DNA of 64,000 bases, from assembly GCF_009914755.1 (NCBI RefSeq), contig NC_060932.1. One strand, 5' to 3'. The notes under the pieces were generated by a model that was not told the DNA's origin, searched no databases, and saw only the letters and a program-made list of their open reading frames with translations. This document shows positions 26,995 through 40,138 of this stretch, in pieces. This DNA comes from the human T2T-CHM13v2.0 reference genome, Homo sapiens. Position numbers and translations under genes: made by a program. How positions within the stretch are numbered: position 1 is the first letter of the stretch; every line of letters begins with the position of its first letter.

Positions 26995-27674
26995 TGCACT
27001 TTTTCACGTGTGTTTTATTTTGCAGTATATTCTTAATAAGACATTTTTTAAATGGATAAATTGTTTGGCTGTCCTTCTCACCAACAATGAGGTGTTGTTC
27101 TTTGCACTAATAAGTGATCTCCAGTTTGTTGAAAAAGAAAAAGGGCTCAGTCCTCAGCTGCAACTTCTCCCTTTTAAGCTGCCCTTAATCGTGACCCCCC
27201 AGCTAATGTTTGCTCCTGCCAGGAATGCTCATGAGAAACCAGCAGAAGGTATCAGGTAATACTGATAGAACTTACCTAGGAGGCAATTTGGCAATATATA
27301 CATAAATACATTTAAATGTATATTAATATGCATTATGCTTTGATACATCTATTTTAATTGGATTTTACTCTAATAAATTACCTGAACAAAGATGTAATTA
27401 TTAATAGAGGGATGCTAATAAGTGATTTCCATAATAGCTAGGAAAAAATAACTGGAAAACAACTTCAATATCCAAAGCAACAAATGGGCTAAATTCTGAT
27501 ATATCCAGACAACCAAATACTGAACATATTAAAAAGTCATACTGTCAGAAAATATTTGATGTGGAAATCCATTCATGCTATATTAGGAAGAGAAAAAAAG
27601 CAGATTACAGAAAAGCAAATATAGTAATTTTTTTGGTTGAGAAAAATTTATACTAAAAACTACCTTTGCAAATA

Positions 27675-28740
27675 CAGTCATGTATTGCTTAATGATGGGG
27701 TCATATTCTGAGAAATGTGTTGTTAGGTGTTCTCATTTTTGTGCAAACATCATAGAGTGTACTTACAAAAACCTACATGCTATAGCCCATTACACACCTA
27801 GGCTATATGGTATAGCCTATTGCTCTTATGCTACAAGCATGTTACTGGACTAAATAGTGCAAGCAATTGTAACACAATTGTAAGTATTTATGCACCTAAA
27901 AATAGAAAAAATATAGAAAAAAATACAGTATGAAATATTTTGAAAGAGCACACCAGTATAGGGCACTTACCAGGAATGGAACTTGCAGGACTGGAAGTTG
28001 CTCTGGGTGAGTCAGTGAGTGAGTGCTGAGTGAACATGAAGGCCTAGGACTACTATACACTATGTAGACTTTTTTATTGTTTTGTAATAATACTTAGCTT
28101 AAAACACAAATACATTGTACAACTGTAAAAAAAATTCTTTATGTCCTTATTCTATTTTTTCTATTTGAAAAAATGTTTTTTATCCTTTAAACTTTTTTGT
28201 CAAAAACTAAGACACAAATGCACACATTAACCTAGACCTACAGAGGATCAGGATCAGGATCATCAATATCACTATTCCACCTCCACATCCTATTCCACTG
28301 GAAGGTCCTCAGAGGCAATAACACACATAGAGCTGTCATCTCCTAGGATGACAATGTCTTTTTCTGGATACCTCCTGAAGGACCTACTTAAGGATGTTTT
28401 ACTATTAACTTTTTTATGCATAAGTAGAAGGAATGCACTCTAAAATAATGATTAAAAATATACTTTAGTAAATACATAAGCCTGTAACATAGTCATTTAT
28501 TATCAAGTATTATATACTGTACATAATTGTATGTATTATACTTTTATAGGAGTGTCAGCACAGCAGGTTTGTTTAAAGCAGCATCACAATGAACACGAGT
28601 AATGCATTGTGCTATGACACTACACTGGCTATGATGTTACCAGGTGATAAGAATTTTTCAGCTCCACTATAATCTTATGGGACCACCGTTGTATATGTGG
28701 TCTGTCATTGACCAAAGCATCATTATGCAGCACATGACTG
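27675..28740 (-). mobile_element. Tigger3-family (Tigger3b/MER7) non-autonomous TcMar DNA transposon
   Basis: TIRs CAGTCATG...CATGACTG, TA TSD on both sides (27673-74, 28741-42), 'tataatcttatgggaccacc'. Confidence 0.9.
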
Positions 28741-28929
28741 TACTTCTTTATACTTTTACATTTTATTCTCTAAATTCCCTAGAGTGGATATGCATTAATT
28801 TTTAATCAGATAAGAAATTTATTACATAATCAGAAGTTACTTAGGAACTTCTCTTCCACATTTCAAAGCTATGTGAATGCCAGGAGGAGTTTATCAGATA
28901 ATTATAAAAGCAAGTCAGTGCAGTCATTT

Positions 28930-29255
28930 CACCAATTGGACATTAACTGCAGATGACCCAAGATGGGCCAGTCAGAGCACTTCCCTGGTTTTTTACAACT
29001 AGGGACCTAACAGACAAAGTCTCAGTTGCTCCCCAGTGATGGAAAGTAGGACTCTATGGAAAGTGGGACTCTAGCACTATGTTCCTTTACCAGGTGGAAA
29101 ATTCAGACTAAGGTAGGAGGTGATAAGGCTGGTACACAGACAGGAGAGAGAACATGGTAGGAAAAGCAAACCTTGGCGATGTTTCTCTTACCTTTAGCTT
29201 GGCCTAAAATTGCTGGAGTTGGGTTTCTGTCACTTGCAACCCAAAGAGTCTGGCC
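28930..29255 (+). mobile_element. Old MLT1 (J/K-like) LTR fragment containing a 17-bp tandem duplication (29039-29072)
   Basis: 'gacccaagatgggccagtcaga', terminal 'gttgggtttctgtcacttgcaacccaaagagtc'. Confidence 0.65.
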
Positions 29256-29384
29256 TTGGCTTTTACAGAGAGAAACTCCCTGACCTGATTCAAGCCTGCT
29301 GGAAGTCAGTGGCACATTTACCTGGTTTTTAGCTAGTCATTTTCAAGTGGATCAGATTAGGTGAGTGGTAAATGATAAGTTGAA

Positions 29385-29810
29385 TTCTTGAAATGACAAA
29401 GTAAGAGATGAATGATTAGTGGTTGCCAGGGGTTGGGGGTAGTGGGGAGGGAGATCCTTGTGGGGATGGGACAGTTCTTTATCTTGATTGCAGTGGTAGT
29501 TACACAAATATACATGTGACAAATGATGTTGGACTATCCACCCACATTGCACCAGTGTCAAAGTCTTGGTTGGAATACTGTATTATAATCATGTAAGATG
29601 TAACCACTGAGAGAAACTGGATGAAGGGTGCAGGGGGCCACTGTCTTTACAACTTCCTGTGAATCTGTAATTATTTCAAAATATAAAGTTAGGAAAAAAA
29701 GAAAGCAACAGCTGTAAGTCCAGCATGGCATCCTAGATTGTATCCCAAAGCAGAAAAATGACATTGTTGGGAAAAATGGTAAAATCCAAATAAACTCTGT
29801 AGTTAATAGT
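29385..29810 (+). mobile_element. L1MC/L1MD-type 3' UTR fragments followed by A23
   Basis: 'ttagtggttgccagggg', 'gatgtaaccactgagagaaactggatgaagggt', 'cttcctgtgaatctgtaattatttcaaaat', 'atcctagattgtatccc..cagaaaaatgacatt'. Confidence 0.7.
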
Positions 29811-30644
29811 AAAAAAAAAAAAAAAAAAAAAAAGATACGCAGAACTGAACTGAAATAAAATGAATCAGATTTAATTGAATTGAAAAATTACAAGTAAGGT
29901 AAACATAGAAGATATTAAATTAATATCATTTAATTTATTTTGTCACCCCAAAAGTAAAGACTAGACGTCTCTTTGTATTACTATGAGGGTAGGAGATGAG
30001 ATGAGAAATGTCCCAATTACTACATTATCCTTAGTGTCTACTATAGGGCCTAGCACATACTTGCAACCCAATGATGAGAAAATAAATGAATATATGTTCT
30101 CTTCTCTATCCATAGGTTGCTAGAAATATATTGTACCCAGTTATATGGGATGTGAACATCACCATGTCCTCCCATGGCTTAGTAAATTATGATTGAAGCT
30201 AACATGATACCTAACTGCTGACTGCATAACTTTACTGATACTCCCTATCAGCTGCATATGCAAAGTGAATGTAGTACATTACCTGCAACTTCCTCCTTAA
30301 CTGAAGGAATATTAAGGCCTCAAATGACTCTGTTAATGGAAATTGAATAGCACAATGGCTATTTAATTTTCTAAATAGCTTCTCTTTCAGTGCTATGGAT
30401 GCCCGCTATTAGGCAAAATCAGAAATATGTTAGACTCATTGGACTCACTGAGAAATCCAGTGAGGGAGAGAAAGAAAAAAAAAAGGAGTGTGAGTGACTA
30501 GATGTCACAGAGGATCAATTTAATACACAAGAGGGAAACATCATTCTTACATCACAATAGAAAATTTTAGGCAAGATTCTTTCTGAAAAGTGGGAAACCC
30601 TATGTTTGAGCACCCTGCCTTCTACGTTATATTCCGTTAGGTCC

Positions 30645-30870
30645 ATATGATTCCTTCAGTAGCATTTATTGATTACCTACTATGTGTCAAGTACTGTTTT
30701 CTCAAGGAAACCCTTCAATAACATTGTTAAGTGAGAGACTATTATTATCTTTGTGTTACAGATGAAGAAACTGAGGTACTAAGAAGCTAAATGACTTGTC
30801 TATGATCAAACAGATTGCCAGGAGTACACCCGAGATTTGAACCCAGGAACTACAATATATTGCCTCTTAA
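30645..30870 (-). mobile_element. L2 tail plus MIR
   Basis: 'catttattgattacctactatgtgtcaag', 'ttacagatgaagaaactgaggt..gctaaatgacttg'. Confidence 0.7.
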
Positions 30871-31378
30871 TCATAAAACTTAAAACCCCCTTCAGTAACT
30901 GTTTACCTATCAATGTCCTTCACAAAACTATAAGCTCTTAAAGAGCAGAGACTGTGCTCAATTGATTATCCAGCACCTAGTGTCTCATGCAGAGTTTGTG
31001 CTCAATGAATGATTAAGAATGTGAGCTTCTTAATTTACAGATTTTTCTTGATTTTTTTATTCATAAGAAACCAATACAGAATTGAATGAGCTTAGAATGC
31101 AGAATTTTAAAATACAGATTGTTCATCTCTGTATCTTCAAGTTCTGGCACTGTATCTTCAAGTTTTTTGATGTGTTCTCAAAAAAAAGAGACTGAATGAA
31201 GAAGTTTTTTGAGTAGCCTTCATGTCCATGATCATAAGAGCACTTCAGTTAATACATAAAATCTGGAGTGAAAGACAGATGGAAATGAGCCTGTCTAATT
31301 GAGCCATGAGTGACTAACCACACTAACACTCAAAGCCATCCCTCAAATTTCTTTCTATATAAGAAAAAAAAAAATCGA

Positions 31379-31720
<342 letters not shown>

Positions 31721-32769
31721 AATTTTTTTAATTAGTGTGTTCCTAATAATCAGAAATTTGCTTATCTTTCCCTCAAGTTACAATAAAATTAGACCTTTGT
31801 GTTATTAGTCTTTGAAATTTACTATATATTGGTCACTTACTTTGGAAAAAATAATTAATTAAGGTTTGAGTTATCAGAATAGGTGATATATAAACAAAGC
31901 GCATTTAAAAATAAAATCATAGAGGACTGGAGTTTATATAAAGAAAAAAGGATGACAATACTGTAGGCCTCTCCATTCAAACCTAAAAATAAACCTAACA
32001 TGGTCATATCCCCTTCTTTAGATCTTCTTTGATGTTTGCATATCTTTTACGTTCTTCTAACCTTCAACTGTTAGGTGTAGGAGGTGAATTCCTCAGAACA
32101 CTTCTGTAAGATCAGAAGCCTGCATGGGTGGGACTGTGTCTTGTTTGTCTCTGCATTCTCAGGCATGAAGCACTTGGCCTTGGGCATACTAGCTAGTCAA
32201 GAATTTGAGGGCTGTTAAGCACTTCTTGGATAGTTTCTACATTCCTGTAACATAGCACAGTGCCTGCAACACAAGAGGTGCCAAATCAGCGTCTGTTGGG
32301 CTAGTTGATTGAATTGAACTGAATTGTCAAAATGGTGGTATCTATACTTTGGACTTCATTGCACGCTGTTCCTTCAAGCTCCTTCATGAAAACTAAGTGT
32401 AGTCTTCCTCACATTCCATATCTTGACTAGTCATCCAAAGTCAGTCAATGTTATCCCTGCGATGTTCACTGGAACCATGAAAGGTGGTTCCCAGTTTCTC
32501 CTTTTTCAAGATGAAAAGACAGAGGCAAAAGAGGTTGACTGTGTTTCCCTAGCCCATACAGACACTAAGTTACAGATACGGGTTTGGAACAATAATCTGT
32601 ATGGATGTAGAACCTCATATTGTCCATTTTGCCTCACTATTTTCTCATTCCAGAACACACAAATGGACATATGCATGTGAACATACATATAGTACCCAAT
32701 TCCCTTTTGTCTGCAAGAAATAAGGGTCAAAAGACATCCACAACTAGAGTCAAAACCAGTCACAATGTC

Positions 32770-33780
32770 CTGTGTTCCTTCATTGACTAAGTTCAGTTGA
32801 CAAGTATTTATTGAGAACCACCATGTGCCCAGAACTGTACTAGGTGCTGGGGAATTAGCAGTGAACAAGACAGTTAAGTAGTGGAGGGAGATAGAGCAGG
32901 TGTCAGTAAATTTTTCTGTAAAGGGCCAGATACTAAATATTTTAGGCTTTGCAGTCCAGATCGTCTCTGTCACCACTATTCAGTAATGCCCTTATAGAGC
33001 CAAAGCAGCCATTGACAATGCATAAACAAACAGGCCAGGCCATTTTCCAATATAACTTTATTTATGGAACCAGGCAGGCTTGATTTGACCCACAGTAGTC
33101 TGCAAACCCCTGAAATAGAAAATAAACAGGGAAATAAATGGAAATAGACAAAAGCATAGAGATATAGGTAAGCTCTATGAAAAAAATAAATAAAGCAGTG
33201 TAACAGGATAGAGACAGAATGAGAGGCAACTTTAGATAGGGTAGCAAGGCAGGAGATGATATTTGAGATGAGATCAGAAAACTGATGAACCAGCCAGGCC
33301 AAGATCCTGAGAAAGAGTTTTCCAAGTAGCAAGAAGACCTAGAACAAAGAGCCTAAGGCGAAGTGTGTGTGAGGAACAGAAGGAAGTCCAGGATGTCAGG
33401 AATAGGAGTGATAGGAGATCAAGTCAAAGAGTTGACAGGACCAGATCACAACAGGCCTTAAAGGCACAGGGAGGAGATGGGAGAAAGCATTTAAAGGTTT
33501 TTAGCAGCACTGTGGCATGCTTTAATTTATAAGTTTGAAAATGTTAATTCCAGCTCCTGTATGGTGAATGGGCACTAGAGACAAAAGAGTAAAAGAAGAA
33601 AAACCAGAAGGGGACTTGCATAGAAAGGTAGCAGAGCAGAGAGTAAGAAGTGGTTGGATTCCAGAGAGGTTCTGGAGGTGCTGGCACCACCAAAACTTTC
33701 TGGGGACTGCATGCAGAGTAAAGACAATGGAGGATTCCAGCGTGGGTTCATTTGGTTTCACATATTGACACACAACAATT
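32770..33780 (-). mobile_element. L2 (L2a-like) fragment
   Basis: 'agtatttattgagaaccaccatgtgcccagaactgtactaggtgctgggg...gtgaacaagacag' and continuing body. Confidence 0.8.
32897..33112 (+). mobile_element. MER58A (hAT-Charlie) nested in L2
   Basis: 'cagg..tcagtaaattttttctgtaaagggccagata..aatattttaggctttgcag', end 'tgcaaacccctg'; decayed TSD agatagag/aaatagaa. Confidence 0.88.
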
Positions 33781-35235
33781 GCTGGGCATTGGAGAGACTT
33801 AGGTCAAAGGGAAGTGGTGCAGGTGAAAAACACTATTGGGTTGGGTGCTCTGAAGGTTGACCCTAACTGACCTACAAGGTGGCTTTACTCAGCACAATCT
33901 GATAAGAGATCACTGCAGAGCCTACCAAGTAATGCCTATTGTATCATATAGGTTTCTGCAACATGGTAACCAGACAAGGAAGAACTATTTTAAAAGTATT
34001 CCAATTTCTTATCACCAAAACACCAAACTGGGGAAGCAAAAATACATGGCCCAGCTCAGCAGGGACCGATCTGATGAAAGGACAAAACCTCAAATATTCT
34101 AGTGCCTTCTCCACCAGACATTCCTCTTTGGGCTCTGAAGGACCACATATTTAGATGTTAAAAGTGTTTCTGAGGAATGTGAATATCAACCATTCCCTGG
34201 GGGAGGGGGTGCAAAGAACCATGACCGGGGAGACAGTCTGAGGCTTTCTGAGGAAATCAGTCAGGTACTCTAACGCTCTAAACGGCTGAAGGCCAGGCTC
34301 ATTCTCCTGCAAGAAGCTTAAAGCCTTTCTCTCAAAGACAGGCATACTTTCTGTTCTCCTCATTATCAGAAATGCTGTCAGGCACATAGTAAGAGTTATG
34401 TAATAGGAAGCAATACTTTCCGGCCATTTCTCCATCCTCCTGTTATATAATAGTCATGCCAAGATGAAGTGGCCAACGTCTAAGCCACAGAGATGCAACC
34501 CTGTCAAGGAAATTTATAGTTTATACTTCCTTTTCTTTTTTTTAGCAAGTACCCCACCACCACCCCTCTTGGTTCCCCTTCCCTCGTGCCTTCCCAAGAT
34601 GCCAGTTCCCAAGTTGACTTTTTTTCTCATTAGGTAGACCTCTTCCATTCATGAAAAAAGAGAGAAAGTCTACTTTAATATACTGACTCACTTATTCATG
34701 CAACCAATCAGTTGACAACTATTTAATAGCCTACCATGTAAAAGATTCTGCAACAAGGTGGAAAGATAATATGCATTAAACAATGGATTTGGACCTATCG
34801 ATGAGGTGACCTGGGAAAAAAGACTCAACCTTTCTGAACTGCGTCTCTAACAGTCTAAGAAGGCCAACCTAATGGGGTTTGGGGGAGCATTCGAGATAAT
34901 GGAAGCAAAGTGCCTCTCTATAGCTATTATTGTTCTTCTTAATATTTTCATGCATTTGGCACCAGGCTTCCCAAAATGACAAAGACAAAGTCTCGGCTCT
35001 TAGAAAGCTCAAATCAGTCAGGCAGATGCTAAGATAAAAAAAGGAAAGCAACAGTTGTCATTTGGTGTAAAGGGTACATTGCTAAAAGTAAGAAGAGGGT
35101 GCCATGGAAAAAATGATAAGCAGTACCCAACTCAACCAGGTCACTCTTATATCACATGGCAGCATCTCATGTCTGGTGTGCAGTTGTAGGGTCCAAGAAA
35201 TAAGCAACCTTATAGCTGAATCAAAAAGAATTCAG

Positions 35236-35541
<306 letters not shown>

Positions 35542-36335
35542 GGAAGTCAGGACCCCAGCTCAGCTCAGGAGAAATTTAATACAGTATATACAAACTGTGA
35601 CTCTCAGGAATTCAAAGCACCTTTGAAGTTCAAAATTAATTAATACAACTTACCATATCAACAGAATAAAGAGAAAAAACACAACCAACTCTACTGATAC
35701 AGAAAAAGCATTTGACAAATGTCAAAACCTCCTCATGATAAAAAAAGAAGTCAACAAACTGGAAATAAAAGGAAATTCATCAAGCAGATAAAGAACATCT
35801 ACGAAAAACCTACTCTAACATCATACATAATAAGACTAAGTGTTTAATGTGGAAAAATAAAAATCCCTTAACATCTACCTAACACTATTCACAAAAATTA
35901 ACTTGAAATGAATTATATACCTAAATATAACCACTAAAATTATAAAGAACATAGGAGAGAGAATCTGTGGCATTGATTGGGTTAGGCAAAGATAGCTTAT
36001 GCGCAAGAAAATGAAGCATAAAGAAAAACCTAATACGTTAGATTCCATTAATATTTAAAAACTTCCATATTTCAAAGACATCATTGAGAAAATACCTGGA
36101 AAATCCTCGAAGAAAACTTCACAACACATATATCTGATGATGAATTTGTATTCAGAATATAGAAGGAAATTGCAACTCAGTAATAAGCAAAATAGCTAAA
36201 CCAAAAAAAGAACAAAACATTTGAATAAGCATTTCACAAAGTCTACAAATGGCCAATAAGTATTTTTTAATGCCCAAAAGTATTAGTTATCATGGAAAAG
36301 CAAATTATGATCACAATAAGATACTACTACACATC

Positions 36336-38610
36336 TGATATGGTTTGGCTGTGTCCCCACCCAAATCTTATCTTGAATTGTAGCTCCCATAATTCCCACA
36401 TGTTGAAGGAAGGACCTGATGGGAGATCATTCAATCATGGGGGTGGCCCCCCCATACTGTTCTCATGAGAGTGAGTAAGTCTCATGAGATCTGATGGTTT
36501 TATAAGGGATTTCCCCTTTCACTTGGCTCTCATTCTCTCTCTTGCCTGCTGCCATGTAAGACGTGCCTTTTGCTTTCCACCATAACTGTGAGGCCTTCCC
36601 AGCCACATGGAACTGTGAGTCCATTAAACCTCTTTTTCTTTATAAATTGCCCAGTTTCGGGTATGTCTTTATCAGCAGCATGAGAACAGACTAATACAGT
36701 AAATTGGTACCAGGTAGTGGGGCACTGTTGTAAAGATACCTAAAAATGTGGAAGCGACTTTGGAACTGGGTAACAGGCAGAGGGGTTGGAACAGTCTCAA
36801 GGGCTCAGAAGACAGGAAGATGTGGGAAAGTTTGGAACTTCCTAGAGACTTGTATGGTTTTGACCAAAATGCTGATAATGATATGGACAATTAAATCCAG
36901 GCTGAGGTGGTCTCACATGGAGATGAGGAACTTGTTGGGAACTGGAATAAAGGTGACTCTTGCTATGTTTTAGCAGAGAGACTAGTGGACTTTTATCCCT
37001 GCCCTAGAGATTTGTGAAACTTTGAACTTGAGGGAGATGATTTAGAGTATCTGGCAGAAGAAATTTCTAAGCAGCAAAGCATTCAAGAGGTGACTTGGGT
37101 GCTGTTAAAGGCAACCAGTTTTAGAAGGGAAACACAGCAGAAAGGTTTGGAAAATTTGCAGCCCGATGATGTGATAGAAAAGAAAAAGCTATTTTCTGAG
37201 GAGAAATTCAAGCCAGCTGCAGAAATTTGCATACGTAACAAGGAGCCAAATGTTAATCACCAAGACAATGGGGAAAATATCTCAACAGCATGTCAGAGAC
37301 CTATGTGGAAATCCCTCCCATTACAGGGCTGGAGGCCTAGGAGGAAAAAATGGTTTCATGGGTCAGGCCCAGGGTCCCCCTGCTGTGTGCAGCCCAGGGA
37401 CTTGATGTCCTGCATCCCAGCCACTCTAGCCATGGCTAAAAGGAGCCATGATACAACTCAGGCCATGGCTTCAGATGGTGCAAGGCCCAAGCCTTGGCAG
37501 TTTCCATGTGGTGTTGAGCCTGCAGGTGCACAGAAGTCAAGAACTGGGGTTTGGGAACCTCCGCCTAGATTTCAGAGGATGTATGGAATTGCCTGGATGT
37601 CCAAGCAGAAGTTTGCCCCAGGGTCAGAGCCCTCATGGAGAACCTCTGCTAGGGCAATGTGGAAGGGAAATGTGGGGTTGAAGCCCCCACACAGAGTGCC
37701 CAGTGGAGCTCTGAGAAGAGGGCCACAATCCTCCAGACCCCAGAATGGTAGATCCACTGCAGCATGTGCTGCAGACACTCAACACCAGCCCGTGAAGGAA
37801 GCTGGGAGGCAGGCTGTATCTTGCAAAGCCACAGGCATGGAGCATGGAGCTGCCCAAGGATGTAAACACCTACCTCTTGCATCAGTGTGCCCTGGATATG
37901 AGACATGGAGTCAAAGGAGATCATTTTGGAACTTTAAGATTTGACTGCCCCACTGGATTTCAGACTTGCACGAAGGCTTTAGCCCTTTCATTTTGGCCCA
38001 TTTCTCCCATTTGGAATGGATGTATTTATCCAATGCCCGTACCCTCCATTGTACTTGGGAAGTAACTAACTTGCTCTTCATTTTACAGGCTTATAGGTGG
38101 AAGGGACTTGTCTTGTCTCAGATGAGACTTTGGACCGTGGACTTCTGAGTTAATGCTGAAATGAGTTAGGACTTTGGGGGACTGATGGAAAGGCATGATT
38201 AGTTTTGAAATGTGAAGACATGAGATTTAGGAGGGGCTGGGGCAGAATGACATGGTTTGGCTCTGTGTCCCCACCCAAATCTCATCTTGAATTGTAGCTC
38301 CCATAATTCCCACATGTTGTGGGAGGGACCAGTTGGGAGATAATTGAATCATGGGGACAGTTCCTCCCTACTGTTCTCGTGGTAGTGAATAAGTCTCATG
38401 AGATCTGACGGTTTTATAAGGGATTTCCCTTTTCACTTGGCTCTCATTCTTTCTTGCCTGCTGCCACGTAAGATGTGCCTTTTGCCTTCCACCAAGATTA
38501 TGAGGCCTTCCCAGCCACATGGAACTATGAGTCCATTAAACCCCTTTTACTTTATAAATTACCCAGTCTCGGGTATGTATTTATCAGCAGCATGAAAATG
38601 GACTAATACA
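36336..38610 (+). mobile_element. Full-length THE1C MaLR provirus (5' LTR 36336-36698, internal 36699-38247, 3' LTR 38248-38610)
   Basis: TGATATGG...CTAATACA LTRs with THE1C-type 'cccatactgttctc' and 'ccctttcacttggctctcattc'; purine tract before the 3' LTR; perfect 5-bp TSD ACATC. Confidence 0.95.
37018..38065 (+). pseudogene. Degenerate MaLR internal (gag-like) ORF
   Basis: ORF 37090..37944 aligns by eye with the - strand provirus peptides (WEPPPRFQRMYG, EPSWRTS, HRVP.GA); frameshift into ORF 37844..38065 (HGVKGD); in-frame stop at 37015-37017. Confidence 0.8.
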
Positions 38611-38634
38611 ACATCCATTAGAACGTCTAAAATT

Positions 38635-38776
38635 GGGCTAGGCATGGTGGTGCATGCCTGTAGTCCCAGCTTCTTGGGAGGCTGTAGTAGGAGTTCAAGG
38701 CTGCAGTGAGATATGATTACTTCACTATACTCCAGCCTGGGTGACAGAGCAAGAATCCATCTCTTTAAAAAAAAAA
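38635..38776 (+). mobile_element. Alu monomer (FAM/FRAM-like)
   Basis: Single arm 'ggagttcaaggctgcagtgag', A tail, TSD TCTAAAATT (38626-38634, 38781-38789). Confidence 0.8.
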
Positions 38777-39654
38777 TTTATCTAAAATTAACAAGGCTGA
38801 CAATATGAGTGCTGGCAAGGAAGTAACTGATATTCTTGCACATTGTTGGTGAGAATGTAAAATGATACAAACAGTTTGGAGAACTGCTTGGCACTTTCTT
38901 GTAAAGCTAAACATACACTTATCATATAATCTGGCAGTTTCATCATATAATCTAGCAGTTTTATTCTTAGATATTTACCTAAGAAAAATGAAAACATGTC
39001 CACACAAAGACTTCTGCCTTGGAGTTAATATCACCTCTATTTATAATAGGCAAAAACTGAAAAGAACCCAAATGTCCATCAATACATGAATGAATCAACA
39101 CATAGCAATAACAAGGAATAAACTATTGCAACAAAATGGAATAATCTCCAAAACAGTATTCTAAGCAAGAGAAGCCAAACATGAAAGAATTTGTACTGTA
39201 TGATTTTATTAATATGAATTGCCAACAAAGATAGATCTAATCTAAGGTGACAGAAAACAGATCAGCCATTGCCTAGGGCTGGAATTGAGTAGGAAGGGGA
39301 ATAAGGAAATATTTTACAGTATGGAAATGTTCTATATCTCAGTTGTCAAAATGGTTTTATGGGCATATATATTTTTCAAAACTCATTGAACTGTACCTTT
39401 TAAAATAGAAGCATTTTCTTGCTTTAAAACTTTCCCTCAATAAAGTCAATTTAAAATAAAAAGAAGGGAAAGAAAGCTAGGTTTGGTTAAGCACTGAGCA
39501 CAGGGTCTACAAATTTCCAATCCCTTAAGAGTTAGGGAGAACTGTAAGATCAGCACAGAAGCCCAAAACTGGTTGAAAGTTCAGCTACAAAAGAGGTTCT
39601 CTAAACAGTTCGATGAATTTAAACTGAGATGTAATACTGAGAAGTTATATGATG

Positions 39655-40138
39655 TCTGTGTAAACCAGTCTATTGGATGGCACACTCAAAAGACAAATGG
39701 AAGAGAGTTTCATGGAGGAAGTGTTTGTAAAGCTGTAGCCAAAGTTAGGAGAACCAGAAAAGGATGGTGTAGAACCCAAGGACAAGCAGCAGTGGGGAGC
39801 CATTGCCATATTGAGGCCTGAGCAGGGACAGTTACCAAATCTAGTGAAAGTAAAATCCTGGGGGAGAACCTCCAACAGGAGCTATAGACTTAGGTGGTGA
39901 AAAGAGCTCTGGCCAACCTGGCCCAGCAAGGAATAGGCAAGTGGACCAGGTACCCTGACTTCTCTCTCCTTCTCTCATCCTCTGATTCACATGTTCCTTC
40001 CATTGGCCAAACCCAACTAGAAACCAGAGAACAAAAAAGCCCATGCAATACAGGTGCTAGAGGTCAGTTTCATTGGGCAGAGGAGGTGGAGAAGGGTAGA
40101 AAATGGATCTGGAGGGCAAACTATGATTATCCAACACA
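39655..40138 (-). mobile_element. LTR33/LTR41-like ERVL solo LTR
   Basis: 'cattggccaaacccaactagaaaccagag...ggagaagggtagaaaatggatctggagggcaaac...atccaacaca'. Confidence 0.7.

Larger units (their letters stand above)
35640..39460 (+). mobile_element. Old L1M (ME/MD-like) ORF2 3' part and 3' UTR, interrupted by THE1C and an Alu monomer
   Basis: 'agaaaaagcatttgacaaa', 'cacaaaaattaact', 'ttggtgagaatgtaaaatg', 'cccaaatgtccatcaa', 'ggaaatgttctatatct...ctcaataaag'. Confidence 0.82.

Noticed and set aside
32506-33332. Adjacent - strand ORFs of 156 and 118 aa
   Set aside because: Span L2 and MER58A remnants; no coherent protein.
36592-36608. Possible PRDM9 hotspot motif in the THE1 LTRs
   Set aside because: Both LTRs read CCTTCCCAGCCAC, which does not fit CCTCCCTNNCCAC.
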